Positions 8,450-17,534 of a stretch of DNA of 64,000 bases are shown in pieces. Below the pieces are notes generated by a model, which searched no databases, was not told where the DNA came from, and saw only the letters and a program-made list of their open reading frames with translations. Location: positions 14,148 through 78,147 of the forward strand of contig SVJA01000001.1 of assembly GCA_015069195.1 (NCBI GenBank), in the 5' to 3' direction. The DNA is from Oscillospiraceae bacterium. Its GTDB lineage: Bacteria; Bacillota; Clostridia; UBA1212. Each line of letters starts with the position of its first letter. Positions within the stretch are counted from its first letter, which is position 1. Both the position numbers and the translations under genes were made by a program.

Positions 8450-9829
8450 TTATTTAAAAAGATTTATACTCATAAGATTAGTTGCAGAGGTGTCAAGAAT
8501 TTCTTCGCATACTACTCTGCCGCCCTCAGGAGAATGAATAACATAATATGAACCATCATTTTTACCTAAATAAAGCATCACATGTCCGGGTTTGTATACA
8601 GCCGCAGGAACATTTATTCCGTCCAGAACTTTTTCTACATTCTCACGACCTGTACCCTCAACTTGTATAATCTCACCGACTATATTTCTCTGCTGGCTCA
8701 CGTTTCTCGGAAGTTCAAATCCGAACACTCTCATAACCGCACTGACAAAACCGGAGCAATCGACACTGTCATAAGAACCTCCCCAGCCGTACATGAATCC
8801 TTCATATTTGAATGCCTGTTTGCAGAAATTATTCATTGTATATGGCAAATATCCTTCGCAAGCAATATCTCTACCCAGTGTTATGTAATCGTAATAAAGA
8901 GTACCGTCAGGATTTCTTCCCGGAAGTTTTACTTTATAACCGTCGTAACTCACATCTGCAATCGGTAACTTCACACCCATATCAAGTTTTGTGTAAGACT
9001 CTTTCGTTGTATATAAAGAATCTTTTACCACAGCAAACCTCTCAGGGGAAGCAAAAGCTTTCCATTCAGCATAGGATGCAGCAATCGCTATATGCTTAGA
9101 TGCTACCCAACCTGAGTAGTTAAACGTCTGCACAAAGCAGTATTCACCGTTTTCACTTTCGTGGAGCACCCACACACCGCTTCCGACAACAACCTCGGTT
9201 TCCTGTATTCTGTCATAATACTGTTTACCCGGATCGGAAAAGAAAGGAGTTTCCGTAGGCAAACTGCGAAGTGCAGTACGCTGGACAATTATTCCGAGTT
9301 TTACATTTATTTCTTTATCAACAAGCGCAGAAAGATTTCTGTTTTCGAGAATTCCTTCAAGTGTCGTTTCGGTTATCTCATTATTATTCTTGTCATATTT
9401 AGGAAGTGATACAACACCCATTTTTTCTATCATTGTGCGTACATCACTGCCATTTAATGAATTCGGCACATTCATAATATCGGTTATCGCATCAGAACGT
9501 GTTGCCGTATCCGAATTAAATTTTTTAATATCATCCGAAGACATCAAAACTTTGTCTCCGTCATTTCCCTCATCTTTGTATCGATCTATCCACTTGAGAG
9601 CATCTTCACTTGTTTTTTCAGTTTGTATCGGAGTAGCCTCCGGCACTTCTGTTTTCTCAGTTTCTCCCGTCGGCAAAATATCGTTGTTATCAGTCATAGT
9701 CACACTATCCTCCGTTTTTTCTGTACTGCCCGGAAATACAAAACGGCAACCGCTTAAAACAGAACAAAAAAGAGAAACAACTGTTATGAATAAAATAGTT
9801 TTATAAATATTGCAAAGACTTCTTTTCAT
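8450..9829 (-). CDS. NlpC/P60 (C40) family cell-wall peptidase with a signal peptide and SH3-like spacer domains
   Basis: C-terminal DCSGFVSAVMRVFG...GHVMLYLG (Cys/His catalytic pair of NlpC/P60). N-terminal hydrophobic signal ending LSGC. Confidence 0.8.
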   Translation of the reverse strand: MKRSLCNIYKTILFITVVSLFCSVLSGCRFVFPGSTEKTEDSVTMTDNNDILPTGETEKTEVPEATPIQTEKTSEDALKWIDRYKDEGNDGDKVLMSSDDIKKFNSDTATRSDAITDIMNVPNSLNGSDVRTMIEKMGVVSLPKYDKNNNEITETTLEGILENRNLSALVDKEINVKLGIIVQRTALRSLPTETPFFSDPGKQYYDRIQETEVVVGSGVWVLHESENGEYCFVQTFNYSGWVASKHIAIAASYAEWKAFASPERFAVVKDSLYTTKESYTKLDMGVKLPIADVSYDGYKVKLPGRNPDGTLYYDYITLGRDIACEGYLPYTMNNFCKQAFKYEGFMYGWGGSYDSVDCSGFVSAVMRVFGFELPRNVSQQRNIVGEIIQVEGTGRENVEKVLDGINVPAAVYKPGHVMLYLGKNDGSYYVIHSPEGGRVVCEEILDTSATNLMSINLFK

Positions 9830-9830
9830 A

Positions 9831-10868
9831 TTACTTACCCACAGCCTTCAGTTCTATAACTGCAAGTTCGGGACTTATACCCATGCGAAATCCTGATTTC
9901 ACGCCAAGACCGGAAGTGATATATCTATATCTGCCACCCGAATCTTTACTCAGACCGTAAACCTGGCTTTCCTGAGGAAAAATACCGTAATCACCTGTAT
10001 ACACGGTGCCGAGTATCGGAATTTTATACTGTCCGCCGAGCGTATGTCCTGCTATATTCAGATCATAATCAATCTCGGTAATAATTCTTGTGTTAACATC
10101 CTTAAGTCGTGCATCAACATTATAGTCAACAGGCTTATGTGTCACGCATATACTGAACTCACTCTCTGCTTCAAAATCAAAGCCTTTCAAAGTGCCGCTG
10201 TTCTTTATTCCGGTAAGGTATATATATTCACCGGCTTCCGATTCAATTCTCTGTGCAGGATAAACAGGAAGAACGCCTCTGGATTCAAGTTCGGTAACAA
10301 TCTGTAAATCTTCATCAGGTGATATACACATCATCCAGTCATCGTCAGCAGACTTTCGCGGCGGAACATCCTCTTCACCTAAAACATAATAAACAGGCTT
10401 ATCGGTTTTAAGACCGTCAAGCAAGTCCAGCACGGCCCACGGATCATCTTTGTCATCACCGTGATAATCGCCTGTCAGAAGTATCATATCGTAGTCTATA
10501 CCTTTTATCAAAGATATAAGTTCGGACTGTCTGTCACCATACTCTTTACCATTCAGATCACTTATCTGTAAAATCCTGTAACCGGAGAAAGACGCGGGAA
10601 TATCTTCGTGTTGTACAACAACATTTGTAATCTTTATGATGCTGTTACACCGGGCAATACTTACAATCCAAGCAATAATACATATAATAAGCAACACCGC
10701 AACAACGACGATTATCCACTTCCTGGTTTTCTTTTTATCATCAAAAATGGACGCAGACGGAGAAAACGGTTTTGAATCTTTCAGATTGCCGTAATCACTA
10801 TATTTGTTTTTTTCTGTAAAATCTATATCAGCCAATTCGGTTAAACCTCTTAAAACATTCTGTAACAC
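9831..10868 (-). CDS. Membrane-anchored metallophosphoesterase (YkuE-like calcineurin-fold phosphoesterase)
   Basis: N-terminal TM helix, then ISDLNG...LTGDYHGDD...GHTLGGQ motifs typical of MPP-family enzymes. Confidence 0.75.
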   Translation of the reverse strand: MLQNVLRGLTELADIDFTEKNKYSDYGNLKDSKPFSPSASIFDDKKKTRKWIIVVVAVLLIICIIAWIVSIARCNSIIKITNVVVQHEDIPASFSGYRILQISDLNGKEYGDRQSELISLIKGIDYDMILLTGDYHGDDKDDPWAVLDLLDGLKTDKPVYYVLGEEDVPPRKSADDDWMMCISPDEDLQIVTELESRGVLPVYPAQRIESEAGEYIYLTGIKNSGTLKGFDFEAESEFSICVTHKPVDYNVDARLKDVNTRIITEIDYDLNIAGHTLGGQYKIPILGTVYTGDYGIFPQESQVYGLSKDSGGRYRYITSGLGVKSGFRMGISPELAVIELKAVGK

Positions 10869-10909
10869 TTGAATTATACGCTATACCGGGTTTCTTTTTC
10901 AATAACAAC

Positions 10910-10938
10910 TTGCTTTAAAATCAAATTTGATGTATATT
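10910..10938 (+). promoter_or_regulatory. Candidate promoter of coaX (TTGCTT -17- TATATT)
   Basis: -35-like TTGCTT at 10910-10915, a 17-nt spacer, then TATATT at 10933-10938 preceded by TG. Confidence 0.3.
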
Positions 10939-10990
10939 GCACTTGCGCTGTATTCTATATGATTAAGAAACGGCAGCAGGAGGTATTTAT

Positions 10991-11767
10991 ATGATTTTCA
11001 CTATCGACGTCGGTAACAGTAATATTGTTCTCGGCGGCTACAAAGAGGATGCTTTGCAGTTCGTTGCCAGAGTATCTACCAACACAAAGCGTACGGCAGA
11101 CGAGTACGCAGTCAGCATCAGAGAGATACTTGATATCCGTGGTTTCTCAGTTCAGGATATCGAAGGTGTCATCATTTCATCGGTTGTTCCGCATATCACA
11201 ACAATTTTAAACGAATCGGTCAAAATTCTCACGGGCATTGCACCTATGATTGTCGGTCCCGGAATGAAAACGGGTATAAATATTAAAATCGATGATCCGG
11301 CACAGCTCGGAAGCGACCTTTTGGTTGACAGCGTTGCAGCGGCAGCTCTTTACGAAAAGCCCTGCATAGTAATCGATATGGGAACGGCTACAACGATTTC
11401 AGCAGTTACCGAAAACAACGAAATGATTGGCGGAGCTATCATTCCCGGCGTCAAAATCTCTATCGACGCCTTGGCAGACAAAACGGCACAGCTTCCGCAC
11501 ATTGCACTTATTCCGCCTAAAAAAGTCATCGGAACAAACACAATCAGTTGTATGCAGTCAGGTCTTATTTACGGCAATGCAGGTATGATTGACGGCATTG
11601 TTGACCGTATGGAAGAAGAACTCGGACAGAAATGCACCATAGTCGCAACCGGCGGTCTTGCAAAAGAAATCTGCAACGTATGCAAACACGACATCGTTTA
11701 TGACGAGTATCTTATGCTCAAAGGTCTTTATATTCTTTATAAGAAAAACACAAAGACAACAAAATAA
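10991..11767 (+). CDS. coaX: Type III pantothenate kinase
   Basis: MIFTIDVGNSNIVLG N-terminus and overall acetate/sugar-kinase fold motifs are typical of CoaX. Confidence 0.9.
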   Translation: MIFTIDVGNSNIVLGGYKEDALQFVARVSTNTKRTADEYAVSIREILDIRGFSVQDIEGVIISSVVPHITTILNESVKILTGIAPMIVGPGMKTGINIKIDDPAQLGSDLLVDSVAAAALYEKPCIVIDMGTATTISAVTENNEMIGGAIIPGVKISIDALADKTAQLPHIALIPPKKVIGTNTISCMQSGLIYGNAGMIDGIVDRMEEELGQKCTIVATGGLAKEICNVCKHDIVYDEYLMLKGLYILYKKNTKTTK

Positions 11768-11827
11768 AGTATTTTTCAAAGTTTCAAATTAAAGGAAGCC
11801 ATTCTAAAGGCAAACAGGAGGTTTACC

Positions 11828-12427
11828 ATGAATAAAAAACAAATTCACGATTTAACATTAAAACTTACAATCACGGCTGTACTTACAGCCCTCGTTATTG
11901 TTCTTCAGCTCTTCGGTTCTGTATTCCGCGTTGGTACAGTAAACTTAAGCTTCGTACTCATTCCGATAGTACTCGGCGGTATTTTCGTAGGAAAGTCCGG
12001 GGGCGCCTTCTTAGGTGCACTTTTCGGATTGATAACACTCATTGCTGGTATCACCGGAACAGACCCGTTCACACATATACTCTTCACAAACAGTCCTGTT
12101 ATCACAGCACTCATATGCCTCGGCAAAGGCACTCTCGCCGGACTCGGTTCAGCCTGGCTTTATCAATTAGTATCTAAGAAAAACTCTTACGTCGCTACCT
12201 TTGTTGCCAGTGCAGCAGCACCTGTAATAAATACAGGTCTTTTTATCTTCGGTGCGCTCTTCTTAAAAGATGTAATCAGCACTAATTTTGTCGCAGAAGG
12301 TACAACATTCCTCTACTTCCTCATCATCGGTTGTGCGGGAATTAACTTCATATTCGAATTTATAATCAATCTTATTTTCTCACCCGGTATATATTCGATT
12401 GTTAAAGCTATAACAAAGAAAAAATAA
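11828..12427 (+). CDS. ECF-transporter substrate-specific (S) component, possibly a pantothenate/CoA-precursor carrier
   Basis: 199 aa with about 6 TM helices and the Gly-rich small-residue helices typical of ECF S units. Sits immediately downstream of coaX. Confidence 0.55.
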   Translation: MNKKQIHDLTLKLTITAVLTALVIVLQLFGSVFRVGTVNLSFVLIPIVLGGIFVGKSGGAFLGALFGLITLIAGITGTDPFTHILFTNSPVITALICLGKGTLAGLGSAWLYQLVSKKNSYVATFVASAAAPVINTGLFIFGALFLKDVISTNFVAEGTTFLYFLIIGCAGINFIFEFIINLIFSPGIYSIVKAITKKK

Positions 12428-12467
12428 AATTGTTTTTGCGAAAATTATATATACCTTATGCAAACAA

Positions 12468-12509
12468 AGCGGCAGTAACCTACTTTTTGTGGTTGCTGTC
12501 GCTTTTTTA
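12468..12509 (+). terminator. Rho-independent terminator after the ECF S-component gene
   Basis: agcggcagtaacc / ggttgctgtcgct: a 13-bp stem with two G-U pairs, followed by TTTTTT. Confidence 0.6.
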
Positions 12510-12712
12510 TAAAAAATCTATGAATTTATCCATAGACCACACACATATCCGGGAAATAATTACAGACCTGGATGTTTTATTTTTTTTGTGAAAAAGGCTA
12601 TATACAAACGTTTTTCACGTTTATAGCAGCATTTGTCGGGAAATATCCCATCAATCATTTACAATAAAGTCCATATTTGTTAGCATTTTCATGCGGGTTA
12701 TGACCCGTGGGC

Positions 12713-12952
12713 ATACCATAATGGTAGCAGTTACGCTCCTTGTGTGTCATTCTGTTTTTCCCAAAAGCAGTTGACCGAAAGGAGGTGTCGCTTATGGAGA
12801 AATATGAAATACTTCGTATTGTACTTCTATGTATATTCGATATTATTTTCTATTTATTACATAAAAAACACGAAAAGTGACTGTGCTCAAACCCGATAAC
12901 GATCGCAGCTACTTCTTAAAATTTACACACAAGGAGCATACCATTATGGTAT
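12713..12952. repeat. About 27-bp inverted repeats bracketing a mini-ORF in a 600-bp non-coding gap
   Basis: Left arm ataccataatggta(+8 nt)gctccttgtgtgt at 12713-12747. Right arm acacacaaggagc-a-taccattatggtat at 12925-12952, its exact reverse complement apart from the 8-nt insertion. Confidence 0.7.
12794..12880 (+). CDS. Hydrophobic mini-protein (28 aa, MEKYEILRIVLLCIFDIIFYLLHKKHEK), candidate type-I-toxin-like or small membrane peptide
   Basis: ATG with AAAGGAGG 7 nt upstream. One predicted TM helix and a Lys-rich tail. Enclosed by the inverted repeats above. Not in the ORF track. Confidence 0.3.
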   Translation: MEKYEILRIVLLCIFDIIFYLLHKKHEK

Positions 12953-13028
12953 CGCCCTTATGAAAATATATTACACAACACAATAAATAGTGTCAATGGT
13001 AAAGAATTGGAAAATCTCTTTGATAAAT

Positions 13029-13814
13029 CTAAATTCTCTGTAGCGGATTCTTTCCCGCTTTGCTCATAACAATTTCAATTTTATCGCCTATCATATTTTG
13101 CAATCTTTTGCACAGTGCCTCTGCACCCCATAACTCTGTCGGGTAATGGCCTGCCGATATTGTTGCGAAGTTCTCCATTGAAAGGTCTACCGCAGCAGAA
13201 TGTTTTACTTCGCCGGTCACAAGTACATCGATACCGTTTTCGTAAATCCACTCAACTTCTCCGTCATAAGATCCGCACGACACGCCTACCTTGCTGATTT
13301 TCTTTTCGATGTCAAATGCATCCGGAACAACACATTTCACGCCTTCCGCAGAAAGACTTTCATCTGCAAGTGCCGCAAAAGTCTTAAAGGAAACACTTTC
13401 AGGAAGCACTCCGTAACGGTGAAACCCGTCAGGTGTAGCTGTGACATTTATCAAACCGATTTTTTCTGCCAAAGCATCATTTACTCCGCCAGCTGTAAAA
13501 TCAAGATTTGTATGTGCAGAAAAGACATTTAATCCCATACGAACTATTCTGCAAAGAAGCCTTCCGCGCACGTTATCTTCTGTCAGATCCTCAGCCGGAT
13601 GGAATATAAGCGGATGGTGTGTTATCACTATATCGCAACCAAGCTTTTCAGCTTCGGCAAGAACCCTTCCGTCAAGATCGAGGCACACAAGAATCTTGCT
13701 CACATCATTCTTTGCAGAGCCTGTCATAAGTCCTACGTGATCAAATGACAACGCAAGGTCAGGCGGTGCAATGGTATTCATAATTTCAATAATTTCTTTT
13801 ACTTTCATAATCAA
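13029..13814 (-). CDS. Nif3-like dinuclear metal-centre protein (YqfO / GTP cyclohydrolase 1 type 2 homologue)
   Basis: About 260 aa with HH and E metal ligands spread as in the NIF3 family. Conserved pairing with trmK, as in B. subtilis yqfN-yqfO. Confidence 0.85.
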   Translation of the reverse strand: MIMKVKEIIEIMNTIAPPDLALSFDHVGLMTGSAKNDVSKILVCLDLDGRVLAEAEKLGCDIVITHHPLIFHPAEDLTEDNVRGRLLCRIVRMGLNVFSAHTNLDFTAGGVNDALAEKIGLINVTATPDGFHRYGVLPESVSFKTFAALADESLSAEGVKCVVPDAFDIEKKISKVGVSCGSYDGEVEWIYENGIDVLVTGEVKHSAAVDLSMENFATISAGHYPTELWGAEALCKRLQNMIGDKIEIVMSKAGKNPLQRI

Positions 13815-13824
13815 GGAACTCCTT

Positions 13825-14559
13825 TTATTTCATAAGTTCATCAAGTCGCACGGCAAGTCTTTCATATACCTCACGGCGCAATATTCGCTCTTCATTTGTT
13901 TTCTCCGACGAATCAAGGCCTGCCAAAATCCTTTCGGTTTTGGTCTTTAACTTTGCAAAATACAATTTATCTCTGTTATTTCGTCTAACAGGCATTATAT
14001 CGCCTAAAATAAAGCGAATTTGCTTCTCAACGGAATCATCCGGAGAATTTGTTATCTGTTTTGGAAACGGATTATAGTGGCATTTTATCATCAGATAAGT
14101 GTGCCTACCGTCCTGTTGTGCCTGCTCGTCAACAATCTCATAACCATTTTTGAAAAGATACTCACGAAGTTCCGGCTCACAAGTGTTTGGCTGAAGATAC
14201 ATCCTTGGTAAACTCTGTGCAAGTTCTTTGTCGCAATCAATGATTTCGGCAATCAACATTCCGCCCATACCGGCAATAACAACGGCATCAAGTGCATCTC
14301 TCGTCGAAAGCACCGAAAGTCCCGAACCGAGGCGCGTCTCAATCAATCCGGCAAGTCCGTACTCTGAAATATTCTTCCGGGCCACAGATATGGGACCTTT
14401 TCTGATATCACAGGCAATAGCCCTCTCCGAAAAACCATTCGAAACCATATATATCGGAAGCCACGCATGATCCGTACCGATATCGGCAAACTTTTTGCAA
14501 TCCGTCATACTATCGGCAATCATCTGTAATCTTTTGTTTTTGAGTTCTGTTTTTTTCAA
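13825..14559 (-). CDS. trmK: tRNA (adenine22-N1)-methyltransferase
   Basis: FADIGTDHAWLPIYMV and CDIRKGP motifs of the TrmK/YqfN SAM-methyltransferase family. Confidence 0.85.
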   Translation of the reverse strand: MKKTELKNKRLQMIADSMTDCKKFADIGTDHAWLPIYMVSNGFSERAIACDIRKGPISVARKNISEYGLAGLIETRLGSGLSVLSTRDALDAVVIAGMGGMLIAEIIDCDKELAQSLPRMYLQPNTCEPELREYLFKNGYEIVDEQAQQDGRHTYLMIKCHYNPFPKQITNSPDDSVEKQIRFILGDIMPVRRNNRDKLYFAKLKTKTERILAGLDSSEKTNEERILRREVYERLAVRLDELMK

Positions 14560-14643
14560 AATAATACTCCGGATTAGTTCTTAACAGACATTCGATCTGC
14601 ATGGAAAATCATATCACACAGCACCTGACGTTGCAAGAGTTTG

Positions 14644-14685
14644 AAAAGGACCCGCAAGCAAAACACTTGCGGGTCCTTTTGTTTT
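14644..14685 (-). terminator. Intrinsic terminator after the OFOR operon (bidirectional hairpin)
   Basis: aaaaggacccgcaag-caaaacac-cttgcgggtcctttt: a perfect 15-bp stem flanked by A/T runs. Confidence 0.65.
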
Positions 14686-14703
14686 AAACTGTTTCAAAAA
14701 TCA

Positions 14704-15234
14704 TTAATAATCTCTTCCCATTGCAAGAGCTTTCATTTCCTCGGGAATGAGGAAGTGTTTTTTCGGAGGAAGAATCTTTGTGAGAGCCTTTTCGAAGTTC
14801 TCTTCTGATACTACATTTGTTTCACCGAGAAGCTTACCGAGAAGGATAATTCCGGCGAAAGTTGCGTTTCCGAGCTCGTATGCCATTGTTGTGGCAGGGA
14901 TACCGAAAGCCTTTATGTCCTCTCTTGCGGGTTTTACCGGAACGAGACTGCTGTCATAAATTATGATACCGCCATCTTCTACTACACTTTCAAACTTTTC
15001 GAGTGAAGGCTGGTTCATAACGATAAGAACTGAAGCCTTACCGATGATAGGAGAACCTACCTCTTCTTCAGCAACGATAACGTTACAGTTTGCTGTACCG
15101 CCACGCATTTCCGGGCCGTATGAAGGAAGCCATGAAACATTTTTACCCTCTTCAAGACCTGCGTATGCGATGAATTTACCCATTGACAGGATACCCTGTC
15201 CGCCGAAGCCTGCTAAAATAATCTGTTCCATCAT
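14704..15234 (-). CDS. 2-oxoacid:ferredoxin oxidoreductase, gamma subunit
   Basis: MMEQIILAGFGGQGILSMGK...SYGPEMRGG pattern of the POR/KOR/VOR gamma subunit. Confidence 0.85.
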   Translation of the reverse strand: MMEQIILAGFGGQGILSMGKFIAYAGLEEGKNVSWLPSYGPEMRGGTANCNVIVAEEEVGSPIIGKASVLIVMNQPSLEKFESVVEDGGIIIYDSSLVPVKPAREDIKAFGIPATTMAYELGNATFAGIILLGKLLGETNVVSEENFEKALTKILPPKKHFLIPEEMKALAMGRDY

Positions 15235-15235
15235 A

Positions 15236-15982
15236 TTACACCTCCAAGTCCTTTCCTTTGAAGTTTCCGAGAGGATAGTGATCCATCATGTTCTCTTCGA
15301 GCCATTTGAGTGAATTCTGAGGTGTCATACCCCAGTTTGTCGGGCAGATTGAGAGAACTTCTACGATTGAGAATCCGAGTCCCGCCATCTGTACCTGGAA
15401 AGCTTTCTTTATAGCAGCTTTTGCTTTTTTGATATTCTGAACGTTGTTTACCGCAACACGCTCAACATATACAGCACCTTCGAGTGTGGAGAGCATCTCT
15501 GAAACTCTTACGGGGTAACCGTGGAGTTCGGGCTTTCTTCCGAAAGGAGTTGTTGTTGTGACCTGACCTACAAGTGTAGTCGGAGCCATCTGACCTGAAG
15601 TCATACCGTAGATAGCGTTGTTTACAAAGATTGTTGTAATCTTTTCTCCTCTTGTAGCTGCGTGTACGATTTCGGCAGTACCGATAGCAGCGAGGTCACC
15701 GTCACCCTGATATGTGAATACATATTTTCCGGGGAGTGAACGCTTTGCACCTGTTGCAACAGCCGGAGCTCTTCCGTGTGCAGCCTGTATCATATCGCAG
15801 TTAAAGTAATCGTAGCTGTTGTAAGTACAACCGACTGATGCTATACCTACTGTATCGCCCTCGATACCGAGTTCGTCCATAACTTCTGCAACGAGTCTGT
15901 GTACGATACCGTGTGTACAACCCGGGCAGTAGTGAAATGCTTTGTCTGTAAGTCCGTGAGGTCTTTTAAATACTGTTTCCAT
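15236..15982 (-). CDS. 2-oxoacid:ferredoxin oxidoreductase, beta subunit (TPP-binding)
   Basis: CPGCTHG...GDGD TPP-binding motifs. Confidence 0.9.
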   Translation of the reverse strand: METVFKRPHGLTDKAFHYCPGCTHGIVHRLVAEVMDELGIEGDTVGIASVGCTYNSYDYFNCDMIQAAHGRAPAVATGAKRSLPGKYVFTYQGDGDLAAIGTAEIVHAATRGEKITTIFVNNAIYGMTSGQMAPTTLVGQVTTTTPFGRKPELHGYPVRVSEMLSTLEGAVYVERVAVNNVQNIKKAKAAIKKAFQVQMAGLGFSIVEVLSICPTNWGMTPQNSLKWLEENMMDHYPLGNFKGKDLEV

Positions 15983-15999
15983 TCTTCAATACCTCCTAA

Positions 16000-17061
16000 T
16001 TATTTCTTCGCAGCAATCTTGCGAACTTCTTCGAGGATAGCTGCCTGTGTGGGAACGTTACCGCCTGTTCTTCCGTAGAAGTCAACGGTGTTTTTGCCGT
16101 TAACAGCAAGCTTTACGTCCTCTATCATCTGACCTGTACTCATCTCTACGCAAAGGAAACCTTTTACCTTGTCAGCATATTTCTCGTATGATGCCGACGG
16201 GAACGGCCAAAGTGTGATAGGTCTGATAAGACCGACCTTTATGCCTTCTTTTTCAGCTTCCTTTATTACGTTCTTTACGATACGTGCAACTGTACCGTAA
16301 GCAGTTACGATAACATCTGCACCTTCGCAATTGTACTCTTCTACACGAGTCTCGTTTTTCTCAACTTCACGGTATTTTGCCTGAAGCTTGTTGTTGTGAG
16401 CCTCAAGAACATCCGGGTCAATGTAGATAGATGTTGTTGTGTTGTGCGGACGCTCAAGCTTAGAACCGCACGTAGCCCAAGGCTTCTCAACCTTTACGAT
16501 AGGCTCTTCGTCTCTGAACTCTACAGCCTCCATCATCTGACCGAGATAACCGTCACCCATTACTACAACGGGGTTTCTGTATGTATCTGCAATATTGAAC
16601 GCATCAACAACGAGCTCATACATTTCCTGAACACTACAGGGAGCAAGTACGATAAGATTGTAGTCACCGTGTCCGCCGCCCTTAACCATCTGGAAATAGT
16701 CGCACTGCGCCGGAAGAATACCACCGAGTCCGGGGCCGCATCTTACGATGTCGATAATAACCATCGGAAGTTCTGCACCTGCAGAATAGGAAATACCCTC
16801 CTGCTTCAAACTGATTCCGGGGCTCGATGAAGATGTCATAACTCTTGCACCTGTGCTGGCTGAGCCGTAAACCATATTTATAGCCGCAACCTCGCTCTCC
16901 GCCTGTACGAATACGCCGCCTATCTGCTCCATCTTCTTTGCCATATAGTGAGCAACCTCTGTCTGAGGAGTGATAGGATATCCGAAATAATGTCTGCAGC
17001 CTGCTCTGAGTGCTGCCTCGGCAATGACTTCATTGCCTTTCATTAATATTTTTTCACCCAT
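16000..17061 (-). CDS. 2-oxoacid:ferredoxin oxidoreductase, alpha subunit
   Basis: About 350 aa with the typical alpha-subunit N-terminus MGEKILMKGNEVIAEAA. Sits in the delta-alpha-beta-gamma order. Confidence 0.9.
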   Translation of the reverse strand: MGEKILMKGNEVIAEAALRAGCRHYFGYPITPQTEVAHYMAKKMEQIGGVFVQAESEVAAINMVYGSASTGARVMTSSSSPGISLKQEGISYSAGAELPMVIIDIVRCGPGLGGILPAQCDYFQMVKGGGHGDYNLIVLAPCSVQEMYELVVDAFNIADTYRNPVVVMGDGYLGQMMEAVEFRDEEPIVKVEKPWATCGSKLERPHNTTTSIYIDPDVLEAHNNKLQAKYREVEKNETRVEEYNCEGADVIVTAYGTVARIVKNVIKEAEKEGIKVGLIRPITLWPFPSASYEKYADKVKGFLCVEMSTGQMIEDVKLAVNGKNTVDFYGRTGGNVPTQAAILEEVRKIAAKK

Positions 17062-17087
17062 GATCTGATTCCGCCTTTCTGCCTTGA

Positions 17088-17294
17088 TTAACGCTCTACC
17101 GTGATTACACAGTCAGGACACATAGTTGCGCAGAATGCACAGCCTATGCACTTGTCCATCTCATAAACACCGGCAGGATGAAATCCGCTCTGATTAAGCG
17201 TATCTTCTTTGATGGTAACGATTTTTTTCGGGCACACATCAACACAAAGTTTGCAGCCCTTGCAACGTTCTTCTCTGAAAGTAACTTTTGCCAT
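17088..17294 (-). CDS. 2-oxoacid:ferredoxin oxidoreductase, delta subunit (2x[4Fe-4S] ferredoxin)
   Basis: Two CxxCxxCxxxCP motifs in 68 aa; first gene of the four-gene operon. Confidence 0.85.
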   Translation of the reverse strand: MAKVTFREERCKGCKLCVDVCPKKIVTIKEDTLNQSGFHPAGVYEMDKCIGCAFCATMCPDCVITVER

Positions 17295-17534
17295 AAAACT
17301 CTACCTCTTTTATAAAAATTTATATTGCAATCAAAATATTTATCAAATACTGATTTAATATTCTTAAAAGCACACATCATTATATAACAAGCATACGTTT
17401 AAATGCAAGTTTTTTACTGCCGTTTTCACATAAAATGCCATGTTCGATAATTATTTTAATTGTGTATGGTAATATTCCCGAAAACTATATATAATACACC
17501 TAACACTTAACTTACTGCACGGGAGGTTTGACTT

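Noticed and set aside
17295-17534. AT-rich 240-bp divergent intergenic region between the OFOR operon and the M18 peptidase, inspected for a Rex box or riboswitch
   Set aside because: No convincing TTGTGAA-N6-TTCACAA Rex operator or conserved riboswitch core was recognisable by eye, so it is treated as an ordinary divergent promoter region.
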